From positions 1-64,000 of the forward strand of contig DASXQR010000082.1 in NCBI GenBank assembly GCA_036507075.1: a DNA stretch of 64,000 bases, written 5' to 3'. The DNA comes from Acidobacteriota bacterium. Its GTDB lineage: Bacteria > Acidobacteriota > UBA6911 > JACQSX01. This document shows positions 1 to 9,667 of this stretch, piece after piece. The position numbers and the translations under genes were made by a program. Position 1 is the stretch's first letter; the number at the start of each line of letters is the position of its first letter. The notes beneath the pieces were generated by a model. The model searched no databases. It worked only from the letters and a program-made list of their open reading frames with translations, and was not told the DNA's origin.

Positions 1-156
1 TTCCTTGCTCGATTTCGATGCGATGGCGCCGTCCTCGACGTCGATTTGCGGCGGCGACTGATTAACGCGACTGAGGGAGCCCTGTCCCTGCTGCCGACAA
101 TTGTCCTAGTACCAAAGCGATCTGCCAACTTCGTCAGCAATGTCGCTCAAACGTGA
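1..156 (+). CDS. possible 3' end of a gene entering from the left (partial, hypothetical)
   Basis: Frame 1 is open from base 1 to TGA at 154-156 (FLARFRCDGAVLDVDLRRRLINATEG...), converging on the NACHT gene; no recognisable motif. Confidence 0.3.
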   Translation, partial: FLARFRCDGAVLDVDLRRRLINATEGALSLLPTIVLVPKRSANFVSNVAQT

Positions 157-3100
157 CTTCGTGCGACGATCACTTCAAGATGTTGCAATAAATCAGTCCC
201 AGCGAGATCGGCGATGTTCATCTCGCGAGCGATGCGCGGGTTGTCGTTTTTGTTGTGATTCAAGTTCGCATCAGCGAAGAGTGAAAGTGGAAAACATCGG
301 CCCACCGCGAGACCCAGCACGGCCTCGCATGCAGGCCGGCTAAAGTAGTTCTCAATTCCGTATCTGTCGAGAACAATCAACTCCACACCGACATCCGCCA
401 GTATTTCGTAGACACGCAGAGCGTTTGCATTAAGCGGACGGCCGGGCGCAGTGAAATCGCGACCTTTGTCTCCATCCAAGAGGACCACTAAATCGTAGCA
501 ACCGTCGCGCAGTCGGTCGGGCCGCCAGCGCGGGCTCAGGATGTTGTTCCAACCACCAAGCGAATCCGTCACGATCCATAGTTCGGTAGAATCTGGTATC
601 TTCGCGAGGAATTCTTCGATCGTAGGACCGTCAGTGAGGCCCTCGCACCAAATCTTGAACATACCGAGCGTCGTTGCCCGACGGAGACGGTGAATAATCC
701 GTTCAAACGGCGTCGCCTGAGCTTTCCCAAGACGAGCGTCCCGCTCATATTCGGTCGCTCGAACTTCCTGAGCATCCCGCCACGCCGCTGGTGCCACGGC
801 AATCTGATCTCGAACGACCGCCGCCAGACGTCCACCGTCGATCTTCGACATTATGCCAGTTATGAGCCCAGCCATATTGGGAAGCGCCAATCGAAGTGCT
901 TGGGCACGCAATGCCACCAACCTGGGCCAGAAAACGTCGCTGGTAATTTGTCCGATCCATCCAAGGTTCCAGTCGTGCGGAGGTGGCACGTCGCCGGCTT
1001 GCATTGCTGCGTCGTCGGCAAGCAACGCCGCAATACGGCGTTCAATTGTCGGACGATGCTGGCGGTCGATGAGCCCACGTTCCGTCTCATCTTTCAAATT
1101 GCCCTGAAGGCGGCCTCTGAGTTCGACCAAATCGGCGTCCGGAACGCTCTTGGAGCAAGCGAGTCGAATTGCCCATGACCGAATATGTTCCGGGCGCTGC
1201 GCGTTGTCCGCGATCGCAACCAGAGCGGCACCGACCGCAGACGTCGAGATGTCGACCGCTCCGAGAAAGCTTAGGAAGTGGTATAGGGCGCCGCTTGAAG
1301 TGTTCCGATCGGCGATAATGCGCTCTAGCTCTGTTACTGCGGCTTGAGAAAGGCCATGGCGTCGATGGTACGCAGCCACCGAGTTGCCTTCAGATGACAT
1401 CATGCATTGGACTATGAGTACGTCGTTCGTGATCCTCAGTCCATAGTGCTCAATTACCCGAACCAACCAAGGCAGCGCGGGGTTATGCGACAGTTGGTTT
1501 TCAGAGATCCACCGAACGTTCGTCAGCGGGTCGATTTCTTGCAGCCAAGTCTCGCATTGCTGGGAGAGCCATGCTTTTCGCCCGTCGTCTAGGTCTGGCC
1601 AATCCTTCGCATTCAGACGGGATAGGACGCCCAGAACCGAACCCAAGCTCTGTTCAGTCAGCACCACGCTGTGTTGGTCAGCGAGTCTCACTCGCTCGCA
1701 CTCGTTTCGGACGTGGTCGGCGGCCAGCATCGCAGCGACAGCTTCATCCTGTGCTTCAACCAGTCCGCCAAGATGTGGCGCCAAGACCCGCCGGACCTCC
1801 CGGCTGCCGAATCTCGCCATCGTTTCCATCAGCACTCGGGAATCGGGCTGTTGGGCAAGCCACCCGGCGACTGTGGGCGTGATGAAGCCCGCGACGATCC
1901 GTGAAAAAAAGACTAGCCTGTCACCCGAGGCGAGAAATCTCGCCAGGATAGCCTGACCTACCTTTTCGCCATGGTCTGGCAATCTTCTAATCGCTGCGAT
2001 CGGCTTCTCCACGTCATCCGGCGTGATACGCGCCCGCTCCCAAGCGACCATGACGTGTGCAACGGCTTCAGCCCAATGCGGATCCCAGAGCTCCGCCATC
2101 GCTTCCCACAACGGCCCGCTGTAGCTGCTAAACCAAGTCGAACTGACGGCGGTCGGATGTCCCGTCATGAAATCGAGAAATGCCTGCACAGTGTCTCGGC
2201 TCTGAAGCTCTCGAAAGCGATAGAACGCCGAACTAACCATCGAATCGGTATTCAAAAGAATCGGTAACACTGTCGAAAGAGTCGTGGCATCCACCAACGC
2301 TCCGATGCACCCAAGCAGACTCGAATAAAGGGTATCGTTGGGGTCGAGTGCTCGCACGAGATCTGGAATTAACGACGAATCCCCCGCCGCCGCGACCGCA
2401 CTGATCGCACTTTCGCGCAATAACTGCGGCCGATTCCGATCCACGGCAATCGGCTGAGCGACATTCACGACACTGCGAACCCTGCGCGCTCCGAGAGTGA
2501 CCATGGCGTTTGCGGCTCTCACGGGGTTCGGGTTCGCGATGTCTGCCATAAGTTGACGCTCAACGTCCGGCGTCACAAAGCGCGTCAAGGCGTCTAGATT
2601 CAAGAAAGGATGGCGGCGTATGTACTCTTGCTCATCAGCAAGCCGATCAAACAATCGGTTGACTACGATCGTCCGTTCGGCCTCGTCGAAGGCATGTGGC
2701 GATGTCGCGATGACCCAATCCGGATTGTGAAGTGCGAAGGATCGTCTCACGCCCGGATGCAACTCGGCCAAGTAACTGACGCAGTTACGCCATGACTCGT
2801 TCGGTATTCTAGTCTGATCATAGTTCACAAGCAGTTGAACGCGGTCAAGACTCGTTCCTTTCAGTTCCACTGCTGCGAGATACTCGCCGTGTGAGCGCAT
2901 CTGGAATGAAATGCCGTTGGGAGTCCGCACCAGAATCGAGTGCGTCAGTTCATTGAGAAGGTTTTCGGCCCCTTCCGCGGTGACCGGCGTGGCGGCCTGA
3001 AGGAGCTGGACTGCCTCGTTGATCCGTAGCTCGTTTCGGGACGCGGTCTCCATCGCGACCGCAAGCATGCGTAGCGCACGCCGCTGACGGTCGGCAGCAA

Positions 3101-3893
3101 CATGAGGACGACTGCTGATCAACGATTCAACAACGTGGTTGACTGCCTCGTGCCGAAGGCGCCCAAGCGCACCGGTCTCGGCGAACATCCGATATAGAAC
3201 TTCGAGGGCGAACGGATTGGTGATCTCAGACCAAAGACCAAAGTTGCGGATCCCGGCCAGGAACAAGTCGATATTCCCCCCGTGGTGTTGAATATAGGCC
3301 CGAACATCGCGCTCCGTCAGACTAAGGACGTAGAACATTTCCGGTGGATTTCTGAAGCGGCTGCGATTGGTCGCAAAAAATGCCTGCCTCGCAGTCAGAA
3401 TAACGTGACGATACGCGCCAGATTCGATCGTCCTCTCGAGGTCCGCGACGAAGGTGTCGACGAAAGCGTGTGGCACTTCATCGACTCCGTCAAGAATCAA
3501 GGCGCGTTCCGTCGCGATGCCATCAACCAGGCCATCTCGGACCAACTCGGCCGGCGCACTCTGTTCGAGCAGCGTCAATAAATCGCCGTCGTATGAGCGG
3601 AGATGCGCGGCAAGTGGCGCCATACCTGAATCGATCGCGCGCTGAACGGATGCCTTCGCAACCGTCGATTTTCCCGACCCTGGTTCTCCGAGGATGATCG
3701 CGACTCCCCGCGCGATGATTTGTTCCAAGGTGGCCTCTGTTCGTGAGGACAGACTGATATTACGAAACTCGTGAGCAGCGACGCGTTCCCAATCGTCGTT
3801 TGTACGAAAGAATCGTTCAATAAAGAATTGAAGGTGGTGAGTGGCCCTGACGCTCTCGATGTATTGCGTGAATTCCTCGCGGTTCATTGACAT
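147..3893 (-). CDS. NACHT/STAND-family NTPase with HEAT/ARM-like helical repeats and C-terminal OLD-type TOPRIM domain; putative anti-phage protein
   Basis: 1248-aa ORF; Walker A IILGEPGSGKST, Walker B LILDGVDE, ILTAR, NPFAL, winged-helix FQMRSHGEYLAA; C-terminal IWCEGLTD...LGGW...LLDGD...RYGIENYF matches TOPRIM E/DxD motifs; SD-like AGGATGAG upstream. Confidence 0.85.
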   Translation of the reverse strand: MSMNREEFTQYIESVRATHHLQFFIERFFRTNDDWERVAAHEFRNISLSSRTEATLEQIIARGVAIILGEPGSGKSTVAKASVQRAIDSGMAPLAAHLRSYDGDLLTLLEQSAPAELVRDGLVDGIATERALILDGVDEVPHAFVDTFVADLERTIESGAYRHVILTARQAFFATNRSRFRNPPEMFYVLSLTERDVRAYIQHHGGNIDLFLAGIRNFGLWSEITNPFALEVLYRMFAETGALGRLRHEAVNHVVESLISSRPHVAADRQRRALRMLAVAMETASRNELRINEAVQLLQAATPVTAEGAENLLNELTHSILVRTPNGISFQMRSHGEYLAAVELKGTSLDRVQLLVNYDQTRIPNESWRNCVSYLAELHPGVRRSFALHNPDWVIATSPHAFDEAERTIVVNRLFDRLADEQEYIRRHPFLNLDALTRFVTPDVERQLMADIANPNPVRAANAMVTLGARRVRSVVNVAQPIAVDRNRPQLLRESAISAVAAAGDSSLIPDLVRALDPNDTLYSSLLGCIGALVDATTLSTVLPILLNTDSMVSSAFYRFRELQSRDTVQAFLDFMTGHPTAVSSTWFSSYSGPLWEAMAELWDPHWAEAVAHVMVAWERARITPDDVEKPIAAIRRLPDHGEKVGQAILARFLASGDRLVFFSRIVAGFITPTVAGWLAQQPDSRVLMETMARFGSREVRRVLAPHLGGLVEAQDEAVAAMLAADHVRNECERVRLADQHSVVLTEQSLGSVLGVLSRLNAKDWPDLDDGRKAWLSQQCETWLQEIDPLTNVRWISENQLSHNPALPWLVRVIEHYGLRITNDVLIVQCMMSSEGNSVAAYHRRHGLSQAAVTELERIIADRNTSSGALYHFLSFLGAVDISTSAVGAALVAIADNAQRPEHIRSWAIRLACSKSVPDADLVELRGRLQGNLKDETERGLIDRQHRPTIERRIAALLADDAAMQAGDVPPPHDWNLGWIGQITSDVFWPRLVALRAQALRLALPNMAGLITGIMSKIDGGRLAAVVRDQIAVAPAAWRDAQEVRATEYERDARLGKAQATPFERIIHRLRRATTLGMFKIWCEGLTDGPTIEEFLAKIPDSTELWIVTDSLGGWNNILSPRWRPDRLRDGCYDLVVLLDGDKGRDFTAPGRPLNANALRVYEILADVGVELIVLDRYGIENYFSRPACEAVLGLAVGRCFPLSLFADANLNHNKNDNPRIAREMNIADLAGTDLLQHLEVIVARSHV

Positions 3894-4645
3894 TAGCTCA
3901 TCCTACGAGCAACTTCGCACGGGTTGAAGCGCGAACGACTTTCGGTGACGCACGAACCTTATGAGAACTACGGTGAGCCCCTTCATGCTGCTGAAGAAAG
4001 ATAACTCCTTTCCCTAGTTGCTAGCGCGCTGTTAAAGAGCGTTTTTAGCATACAGCCGGACGGTATTCCAATGGGACTTGAGGACGAGACCCTCCAATGG
4101 AACCGACGACCGTGGGGGAACAAGAATGTCATGAGATCATGAATGCGACGCGTGTCGTAAGATGCCTGGATGAGACAAAGTCGCAGATCATGAAATGGAC
4201 CGAGGCCGGCGGGTCGGGCCGACCGTGTCAGTTCAATACCGGATGGGAAGAAAGCTGGTGATCGATCTCAGTCGCGTTCCTTCCAGAGCGCACGCATTTA
4301 GAATATTGGGGCTCGTTTGTCCCGCTGATTGTTGCTCGCACCGTGGTCGAAGCCGTTGAACGGATGGGCGCCGTGGTGCCAGCGACCGACGTCGTCGGTT
4401 AATCAAGAATGGGAGGCATTGCACGTCTCACTTATGTTCCAGCCTTTTTGAGCGCCAACAATTCAAAGTCACTTGGCGGAACCGATCAACTCGCAGGCTT
4501 TCCCGGAATACAGCACTCCCCGTTCCTCGACGTGATCGGAAAACAGAAGGTAGGATGGAATGGCTTCCGATTCGTCCGGCGGCAGACGGACGTGGCTGAA
4601 GATCAGTAATCCCCGGACCAATTGAGACACTACGAAGTTGAAGCC

Positions 4646-5206
4646 TCAATGCGCGTCCAGATGTTCGAAAATCTTCGATCCTTCGTGGGTGATTATCTCC
4701 TTGGCCAGCGCGTAGTTTTCCTTTCTTAGATCAGTTGCGGATTTTCGTGAAGACACTCTTTCCGTGAGATTGTCGATCGCCTTCTGGAGTTCCACTTTGA
4801 GCGCCACTTGCTTGGCTTTCAGCGCATCCACATCTATCTCAATCGCATAAATGCGACTACTGTTCTTCCCAACCCGAAACCCAAAATGTGCCACTGACGA
4901 TTCGGCACGTTCCGTTGGTTCGTCGCCTATGTACCGAAACTCAATGACGAAGCGTTTCAGATCTTCGTCGTAAAATCCTCTTACCGCTTCGGGGACATCG
5001 TAGGGCGATAAATGTAAGGTAACTGCCGTAGGTCGAACAAAAACTGGTGAGTCGAGTAGTTTGCCGGCTCGGCTTTCAGCGCGCCGCTCATAAAGGTTGC
5101 CGAAACGGACGAAATCCAAAACAGTAAGCCGCAAACGCGATAGACTATGAATCTGATTTGTGTCATCCAGAGAACCGCCGTGTGAAGTCCTGGAAACCGA
5201 TCCCAT
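4646..5206 (-). CDS. hypothetical protein (start uncertain)
   Basis: 186-aa ORF; the C-terminal ~125 aa (SPYDVPEAVRGFYD...FVIEFRY...RIYAIEIDV + helix) look protein-like, the N-terminus less so. Confidence 0.55.
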   Translation of the reverse strand: MGSVSRTSHGGSLDDTNQIHSLSRLRLTVLDFVRFGNLYERRAESRAGKLLDSPVFVRPTAVTLHLSPYDVPEAVRGFYDEDLKRFVIEFRYIGDEPTERAESSVAHFGFRVGKNSSRIYAIEIDVDALKAKQVALKVELQKAIDNLTERVSSRKSATDLRKENYALAKEIITHEGSKIFEHLDAH

Positions 5207-5603
5207 AAATACTTCTGGCGCTTTTTTGGACGGAAACAGTGCGCTTATTATCTGCTAAAGATGAAATTAAATTGCAACCGATTTTGGCTATGCCAATAAA
5301 CTGAGGAATCTGGGGTTACTTCGGCCGGTCGCTCTCGGCGTATAGCATCTCCAGCTACCCGTCTTCGATCTTCCCACCACGCTGTTTCAATTTCATTGAT
5401 CGTCGGAATCGGGTTGGAAAACAGCGCCGCATATGTTTATTCAGAGTCACTGCATTGCGCGAAGTATGGGGGGCGACAGTCGATTCTCGAGAGTGGAGAA
5501 TGCCGATTTCGGGTGCGCCCAGGGTGCGGAAAGTGCGTTGAAATGCCGCTCTGTGCCGCTCTGTGCAGCGTAAGTCACCGTCGAATCGAGGGAAATGAGA
5601 AGA

Positions 5604-5649
5604 ACTTCTAAGCAGTAGGTCGCCTGTTCGAGCCAGGCCGGGCGCGCCA
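5604..5649 (+). mobile_element. 3' half of tRNA-Arg(TCT); probable attR of an integrated element lying to the left
   Basis: Anticodon loop CTTCTAA, T-arm GCCTG-TTCGAGC-CAGGC, acceptor 3' strand CGGGCGC-G-CCA; no 5' half (D-arm/acceptor) upstream. Confidence 0.75.
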
Positions 5650-5781
5650 CACAAGTTACAAGTTTTCAGCGGCCAGAATTACCAGTGGCCTCGCTGGTCC
5701 CGTGTTCCAATGCAATTTCGTAGAAACGCTACAATGGCCGCCCACCGGCGGTGCCCCCACAAGGTATATCAACATCACCTG

Positions 5782-5930
5782 TCAGAGCCCGAGCGCAGCG
5801 AGGGACTCTTCGCAGTACGAATGAGAAGCCGCATACGGTTCCGTGTGAGCCCAGTCATTTCGGATTTCCACCAGTCGCCCCACTTCACCGCTCGTGACCG
5901 GTATCCCCAAGTACGCGCATAGTTCTGAGA
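5782..5930 (-). pseudogene. possible HEPN-domain gene remnant
   Basis: Short frame SELCAYLGIPVTSGEVGRLVEIRNDWAH contains an RNxxAH HEPN-like motif; no convincing N-terminus. Confidence 0.3.
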
Positions 5931-6059
5931 CGCTGCGCCGAAATGGACACCAGTTGAAACCCTGCGCGTGCTTCGACATCAGTGGACCTGCTGTGCGCGC
6001 GTCCTGGGAGCTCATCGGCAAAAGCTTTCTTACAGTCCCAAGCTTCCGAACCGATAATC

Positions 6060-6317
6060 TCAGTATTCGTCCAGATGCTCGCGCACAATCACCTTGAGCA
6101 TGGTCTGGTAACCGAGGCCTCGCTTGGCGCCCTTCGCACGGAGTTTTTGCACCAGATCCTGGTCAAGGAGAATTGACGTCGGTTTGGCGCGCTGCCGCAG
6201 AAGCCGCCCTGTCCGGCTTGCGCGGATGTCTTCGCCCAAGTCCCGTCGGTCGAACTCGCTGAGCTGAGCATCCCTCGTGGTTCGCTTACTCTTCTCTTTC
6301 CGCAATGGCTTCTTCAT
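6060..6317 (-). CDS. brnA: BrnA/CopG-family antitoxin
   Basis: C-terminal PTSILLDQDLVQKLRAKGAKRGLGYQTMLKVIVREHL; overlaps the end of brnT. Confidence 0.8.
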   Translation of the reverse strand: MKKPLRKEKSKRTTRDAQLSEFDRRDLGEDIRASRTGRLLRQRAKPTSILLDQDLVQKLRAKGAKRGLGYQTMLKVIVREHLDEY

Positions 6318-6633
6318 AAAGCTTCCTTTCTTTGCGTCGCATGGGTCGACAACTGATGGATCGAACACGATCGCCGCGCCGGGTGAAGATCAACGTGAGC
6401 CTGCGGCCGGTATTGTCCTGCCCGAGCGCCAGCCATCGAATTTCCTCATACACGGGCTCGATGATTCGTCCAGCAAAAAGAAGCGGCTGGTGGAGCATTG
6501 CTTCTACATCGCGCGTTGCAACGCCATGCTTCCGATGCTTCGTTCGATTCCCCTCGTCCCACTCGAAGTCGTCAGGCTCGCCGGTGAGACACTCGAGCCA
6601 CGCCGCCGCTTCGGAGTCCTCGACAAGCCGCAT
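6286..6633 (-). CDS. brnT: BrnT-family ribonuclease toxin
   Basis: FEWDEGNRTKHRKHGV...EIRWLALG...LIFTRRGDRVRSISCRPMRRKERKLYE; start taken at ATG 6633. Confidence 0.88.
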   Translation of the reverse strand: MRLVEDSEAAAWLECLTGEPDDFEWDEGNRTKHRKHGVATRDVEAMLHQPLLFAGRIIEPVYEEIRWLALGQDNTGRRLTLIFTRRGDRVRSISCRPMRRKERKLYEEAIAEREE

Positions 6634-6820
6634 AGCTATAATATAGCTATCAACGCTCCAGTTGGCAAGAGTTTGTTCAGGCTGAGTTCCACGTTTGCGC
6701 CGGCCGGTCCATTTCAATTGGCCCGCGGGAAATGAAGGCATAAAATGAAACGAAATACGAGGGTTTCATCATGAAGCGAGTTTTTGTTCGACAGGCTACC
6801 AGGTCGTCCTCGGTTATGTT

Positions 6821-7027
6821 CCCATCGGCGAGCGTGTCAAGCTCACGGTGCGCGGTGAGGCGTTCAACTTTCTGAACCACACCAACTTCCTGTCGCCCGA
6901 CACGTCGCTGACGGTGACCGTCGATCCCAAGACCGCCCAGGCTGTCTTTAATTCGCCGAATTTCGGACTGATCACGGGAGCGCGCGCAGCGCGGTTTATG
7001 CAACTGGTGGCGAGATTGGAGTTTTAG
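6821..7027 (+). pseudogene. C-terminal remnant of an Oar-like TonB-dependent receptor
   Basis: Frame reads PIGERVKLTVRGEAFNFLNHTNF...NFGLITGARAARFMQLVARLEF*, the same C-terminal signature as the three intact receptors here; no start or N-terminus. Confidence 0.8.
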
Positions 7028-7086
7028 GGCGAGTCCGGCCGAGAGGAGACCGCAAAATTTGAAGACATTCTGAATTTGCGAACGGG

Positions 7087-7167
7087 TCGATCAACAAACA
7101 GTATCGAATATGTTTTCGCTGGGAGGGTGAAGATGCCTACGAGGTCGAAATCACGGACTATCACTAA
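7087..7167 (+). pseudogene. higB: 5'-truncated HigB toxin remnant
   Basis: SINKQYRICFRWEGEDAYEVEITDYH* is the typical HigB C-terminus, directly ahead of higA; the N-terminal two-thirds is missing. Confidence 0.8.
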
Positions 7168-7519
7168 TAAACGAGGAAGAAGGCACAGGCGCGCTCCGTC
7201 GGCGGGTGTGGTTGGCCGGCGTTTGCCGAGAAACAGGCCTCCGACGCATCCAGGCGAGATGCTCCTCGAGGAGTTTCTGAAGCCGCTAGGGATCAGCCAG
7301 TCGGAGTTTGCTGTTCGTTTGGGCGTGTCGTTTCCGCGTCTCAACGAGATCATCCATCGTAAACGGGCGGTAACGCCGGATACGGCGCTTCGCTTGGCCC
7401 GAGTCTTGGGGACATCGGCCGACTTTTGGCTCGGCTTGCAGCTTGACTGGGAACTTTGGCATGCCATGAGAAGCGAGAAGGCGGCCGAGGTGGCACAACT
7501 CGAACCGGTGACGCGCTAA
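7133..7519 (+). CDS. higA: HigA-family addiction module antitoxin (HTH)
   Basis: PPTHPGEMLLEEFLKPLGISQSEFAVRLGVSFPRLNEII..KRAVTPDTALRLARVLGTSADFWLGLQ; start uncertain. Confidence 0.9.
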   Translation: MPTRSKSRTITNKRGRRHRRAPSAGVVGRRLPRNRPPTHPGEMLLEEFLKPLGISQSEFAVRLGVSFPRLNEIIHRKRAVTPDTALRLARVLGTSADFWLGLQLDWELWHAMRSEKAAEVAQLEPVTR

Positions 7520-7604
7520 AGAACTTCCCTATGTTATGCTCCTGCCACCGTGCTGTCGCGTCACATCACTGGCTGACGATCGCGCTCTGCAGGTCGCCCG
7601 GAGA

Positions 7605-8009
7605 TCAAGCCCTCACGTCCCACTTCGGAAAAAACTCACGAACCGCCCGTGCCAGTGAATGATCCGCCGTTACAAATATCGCCTTCAAATACTCTGCCAA
7701 AGCAACATACGTGGCGTCGCAAGCTGAGAAATTCCTTCGCAACTGCAGTACTCTTTCTACAAACATGAGGTGACCGTGTCGGGATACTGGCAGGTCTGAA
7801 TAATCCCTTAGCGCTTCTTTCGCTCGCTCCTCGGAAAGACGCCTCTCCAGCAAAGCTCTGCGCAATGCTGAGCAGACCTCTACGTCGCACAGCGCCGGAA
7901 TGTGCAGGTCCGAATCAACTCCTGTGATAACCCTTTCAATCGAAGTTGCGCTTTCCGTGCGCAGCAGATATTCAACAATTGCCGAGGCATCGGCTACCAC
8001 AATCTTCAC
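7605..8009 (-). CDS. vapC: VapC PIN-domain toxin
   Basis: IVVADASAIVEYLL...DVEVCSALRR...NFSACDATYVALAE..FVTADHSL. Confidence 0.9.
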   Translation of the reverse strand: MKIVVADASAIVEYLLRTESATSIERVITGVDSDLHIPALCDVEVCSALRRALLERRLSEERAKEALRDYSDLPVSRHGHLMFVERVLQLRRNFSACDATYVALAEYLKAIFVTADHSLARAVREFFPKWDVRA

Positions 8010-8245
8010 GAAGCGTGCCGCTTGCTCCGTTCTTCACGGATCAGGGAAGCCGCACCTTTGCCCAAATCGACAGGGGTGCGACGTCGGATTCTGTCGAAGA
8101 TTTCGGAGGCCGGTGGGCGGGCGATTTCATGCTCCAGGATGTCCTGAATGTAATTAGTCAGCGTAGTTCCTCTTTCTCTTGCGCGCCGGCGTAATTCTCG
8201 ATGGAGACGGTCCGGTACATTTCGGACTTGTATCATTTTGGGCAT
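8006..8245 (-). CDS. ribbon-helix-helix antitoxin (FitA/VapB-like)
   Basis: MIQVRNVPDRLHRELRRRARERGTTLTNYI; ATGA overlap with vapC. Confidence 0.85.
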   Translation of the reverse strand: MPKMIQVRNVPDRLHRELRRRARERGTTLTNYIQDILEHEIARPPASEIFDRIRRRTPVDLGKGAASLIREERSKRHAS

Positions 8246-8300
8246 ACGCAACAGTATCGCACATGCGCGGCGCATGTGCAATTCACGAGCATCTAAAAAC

Positions 8301-8467
8301 GAAGAACGCCAAGAAAGCTAAGCTCATCATGGGTCCGAACAACCGGCCCGACTGCAAGCAATTGAAAGTTCTGAAGAAGTGTCACGTGTAAAGCGCAGTA
8401 ACATTTGAACTGCCGGACTGAAAAAGAAATTCTTAGCGTTCTTCGCGTTCTTGGCGGTTCAATTTTT
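8301..8467. repeat. ~165-bp dispersed MITE/REP-like element, copy 1 (inverted copy at 62666-62836)
   Basis: Ends GAAGAACGCCAAGAA / TTCTTGGCGGTTC; the internal sequence matches the reverse complement of 62666-62836 with few substitutions. Confidence 0.85.
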
Positions 8468-9019
8468 TCTCACGTTCTCAGGGAGTGGGTACTCGAAGTC
8501 GTAGTAATGCTTACCGTCAGCGATCTTGATCGCCATCTTGCCCGCAAGACCCGCCAATTGACCGGTGCCGGAGTCCGGCACGACAGTGATAATCAGTTGC
8601 GGTTCGCCGCGCGTCATGGTGCCACTGTGCTGAAGTACGAAGGCGCCGCTGCGGCGGCGCAGTGTTCCGCTGACCCGCTCGATCGCCACGTAACCGGCCG
8701 AGCCCTTGACGTCGGTGCCGGCTGTAAGCATCTGACCCTTGCTGGTACCTTCGAGATCGCCGTGGAACTGTTTGTCGATTGTCATTCTGCCGAGGGTTGC
8801 GCCCTCGGCTTTGTCGTCGGGCGGCTGAGGGATCAGCTTTACGTCAAACGTTCCACTTGCATGAGCCGTCATGATCGCTCCCTTCTGAACAGCACCTGGA
8901 ACCGGCGCATCGGTCTGCGTAAATACCGGGGAACCGATACCAAGCGCCAGGCAGATACCCGCAATAACACCAGCTTCAGCACGAGATCGGTTCTTCATGT
9001 TTGCTCCATATGACGACAT
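8459..9019 (-). CDS. DUF3224-family protein
   Basis: ASGTFDVK...[23 protein letters not shown]...[25 protein letters not shown]...[16 protein letters not shown]-terminal signal-like segment. Confidence 0.85.
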   Translation of the reverse strand: MSSYGANMKNRSRAEAGVIAGICLALGIGSPVFTQTDAPVPGAVQKGAIMTAHASGTFDVKLIPQPPDDKAEGATLGRMTIDKQFHGDLEGTSKGQMLTAGTDVKGSAGYVAIERVSGTLRRRSGAFVLQHSGTMTRGEPQLIITVVPDSGTGQLAGLAGKMAIKIADGKHYYDFEYPLPENVRKN

Positions 9020-9058
9020 GTCGCGTCGCTACGGTATCGATTCAAGTGAAACAGTGCA

Positions 9059-9172
9059 CTAGTCGGTGGCGATTTCGGTCAGGTCGGCGGTGACTGTGAC
9101 ATCGGGAACCGGAGCGTGATAGGTCGTGCCGTAGACACCGGTGATCTTCTTCACGTAGTTGACCGTTTCCTT
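9059..9172 (-). pseudogene. C-terminal remnant of a lytic transglycosylase (SLT)-like gene
   Basis: Frame KETVNYVKKITGVYG...* carries the ETxxYVxKI SLT motif; the coding-like sequence ends abruptly at an AT-rich tract (9171-9205). Confidence 0.55.
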
Positions 9173-9358
9173 TAAGTGATTGATTTTATTAAGTTAAACT
9201 ACATTTCATGTGACTTTCAACTCGGATCTCCCAAGCCGCCTCCAGAATATTTTGCCGGGAGATCTGGCAGTTTTGTTAAGTCCGGATTGCATGCGTCCAG
9301 CCTTGGAACTGAGAAAGAATCAGAACCGCGACCGTAAGCTGAAGATCATTGACAAACT

Positions 9359-9501
9359 GATTGCCACAAAAACACGAAGACACGAAGGGCAATCATTTAG
9401 CCAGAAGTGGCGATTCTCAATTAATCTTCTTGGCTGTCGCCAGAGTGTTGCTTCTAATTGATGGTTAAGAACCTTCGTGTCTTCGTGGCTTTGTGGCAAT
9501 C
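9359..9501. repeat. 143-bp element with 30-bp terminal inverted repeats
   Basis: GATTGCCACAAAAACACGAAGACACGAAGG ... CCTTCGTGTCTTCGTGGCTTTGTGGCAATC (28/30 complementary). Confidence 0.85.
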
Positions 9502-9667
9502 ATGTTTCCGGTGGCGATCGAAGTGGGTAGTGGTCTGTTTTCTGCAACTCGGGTATGGGCGACTGCCTCTATAATTAAGGGGAAACCGAAACAATTCAGG
9601 TCCGATCCGTAACGAATCTTGGGTAGCCTACACCATCCTTCGTGATTGCGGCAAACAAGGCACGTAA

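Noticed and set aside
5500..5649. Intact or intron-split tRNA-Arg(TCT)
   Set aside because: No 5' acceptor/D-arm and no recognisable group I intron core upstream
5650..9200. Integron cassette array
   Set aside because: No attC-like RYYYAAC/GTTRRRY-bounded hairpins were seen, gene orientations are mixed, and there is no integrase
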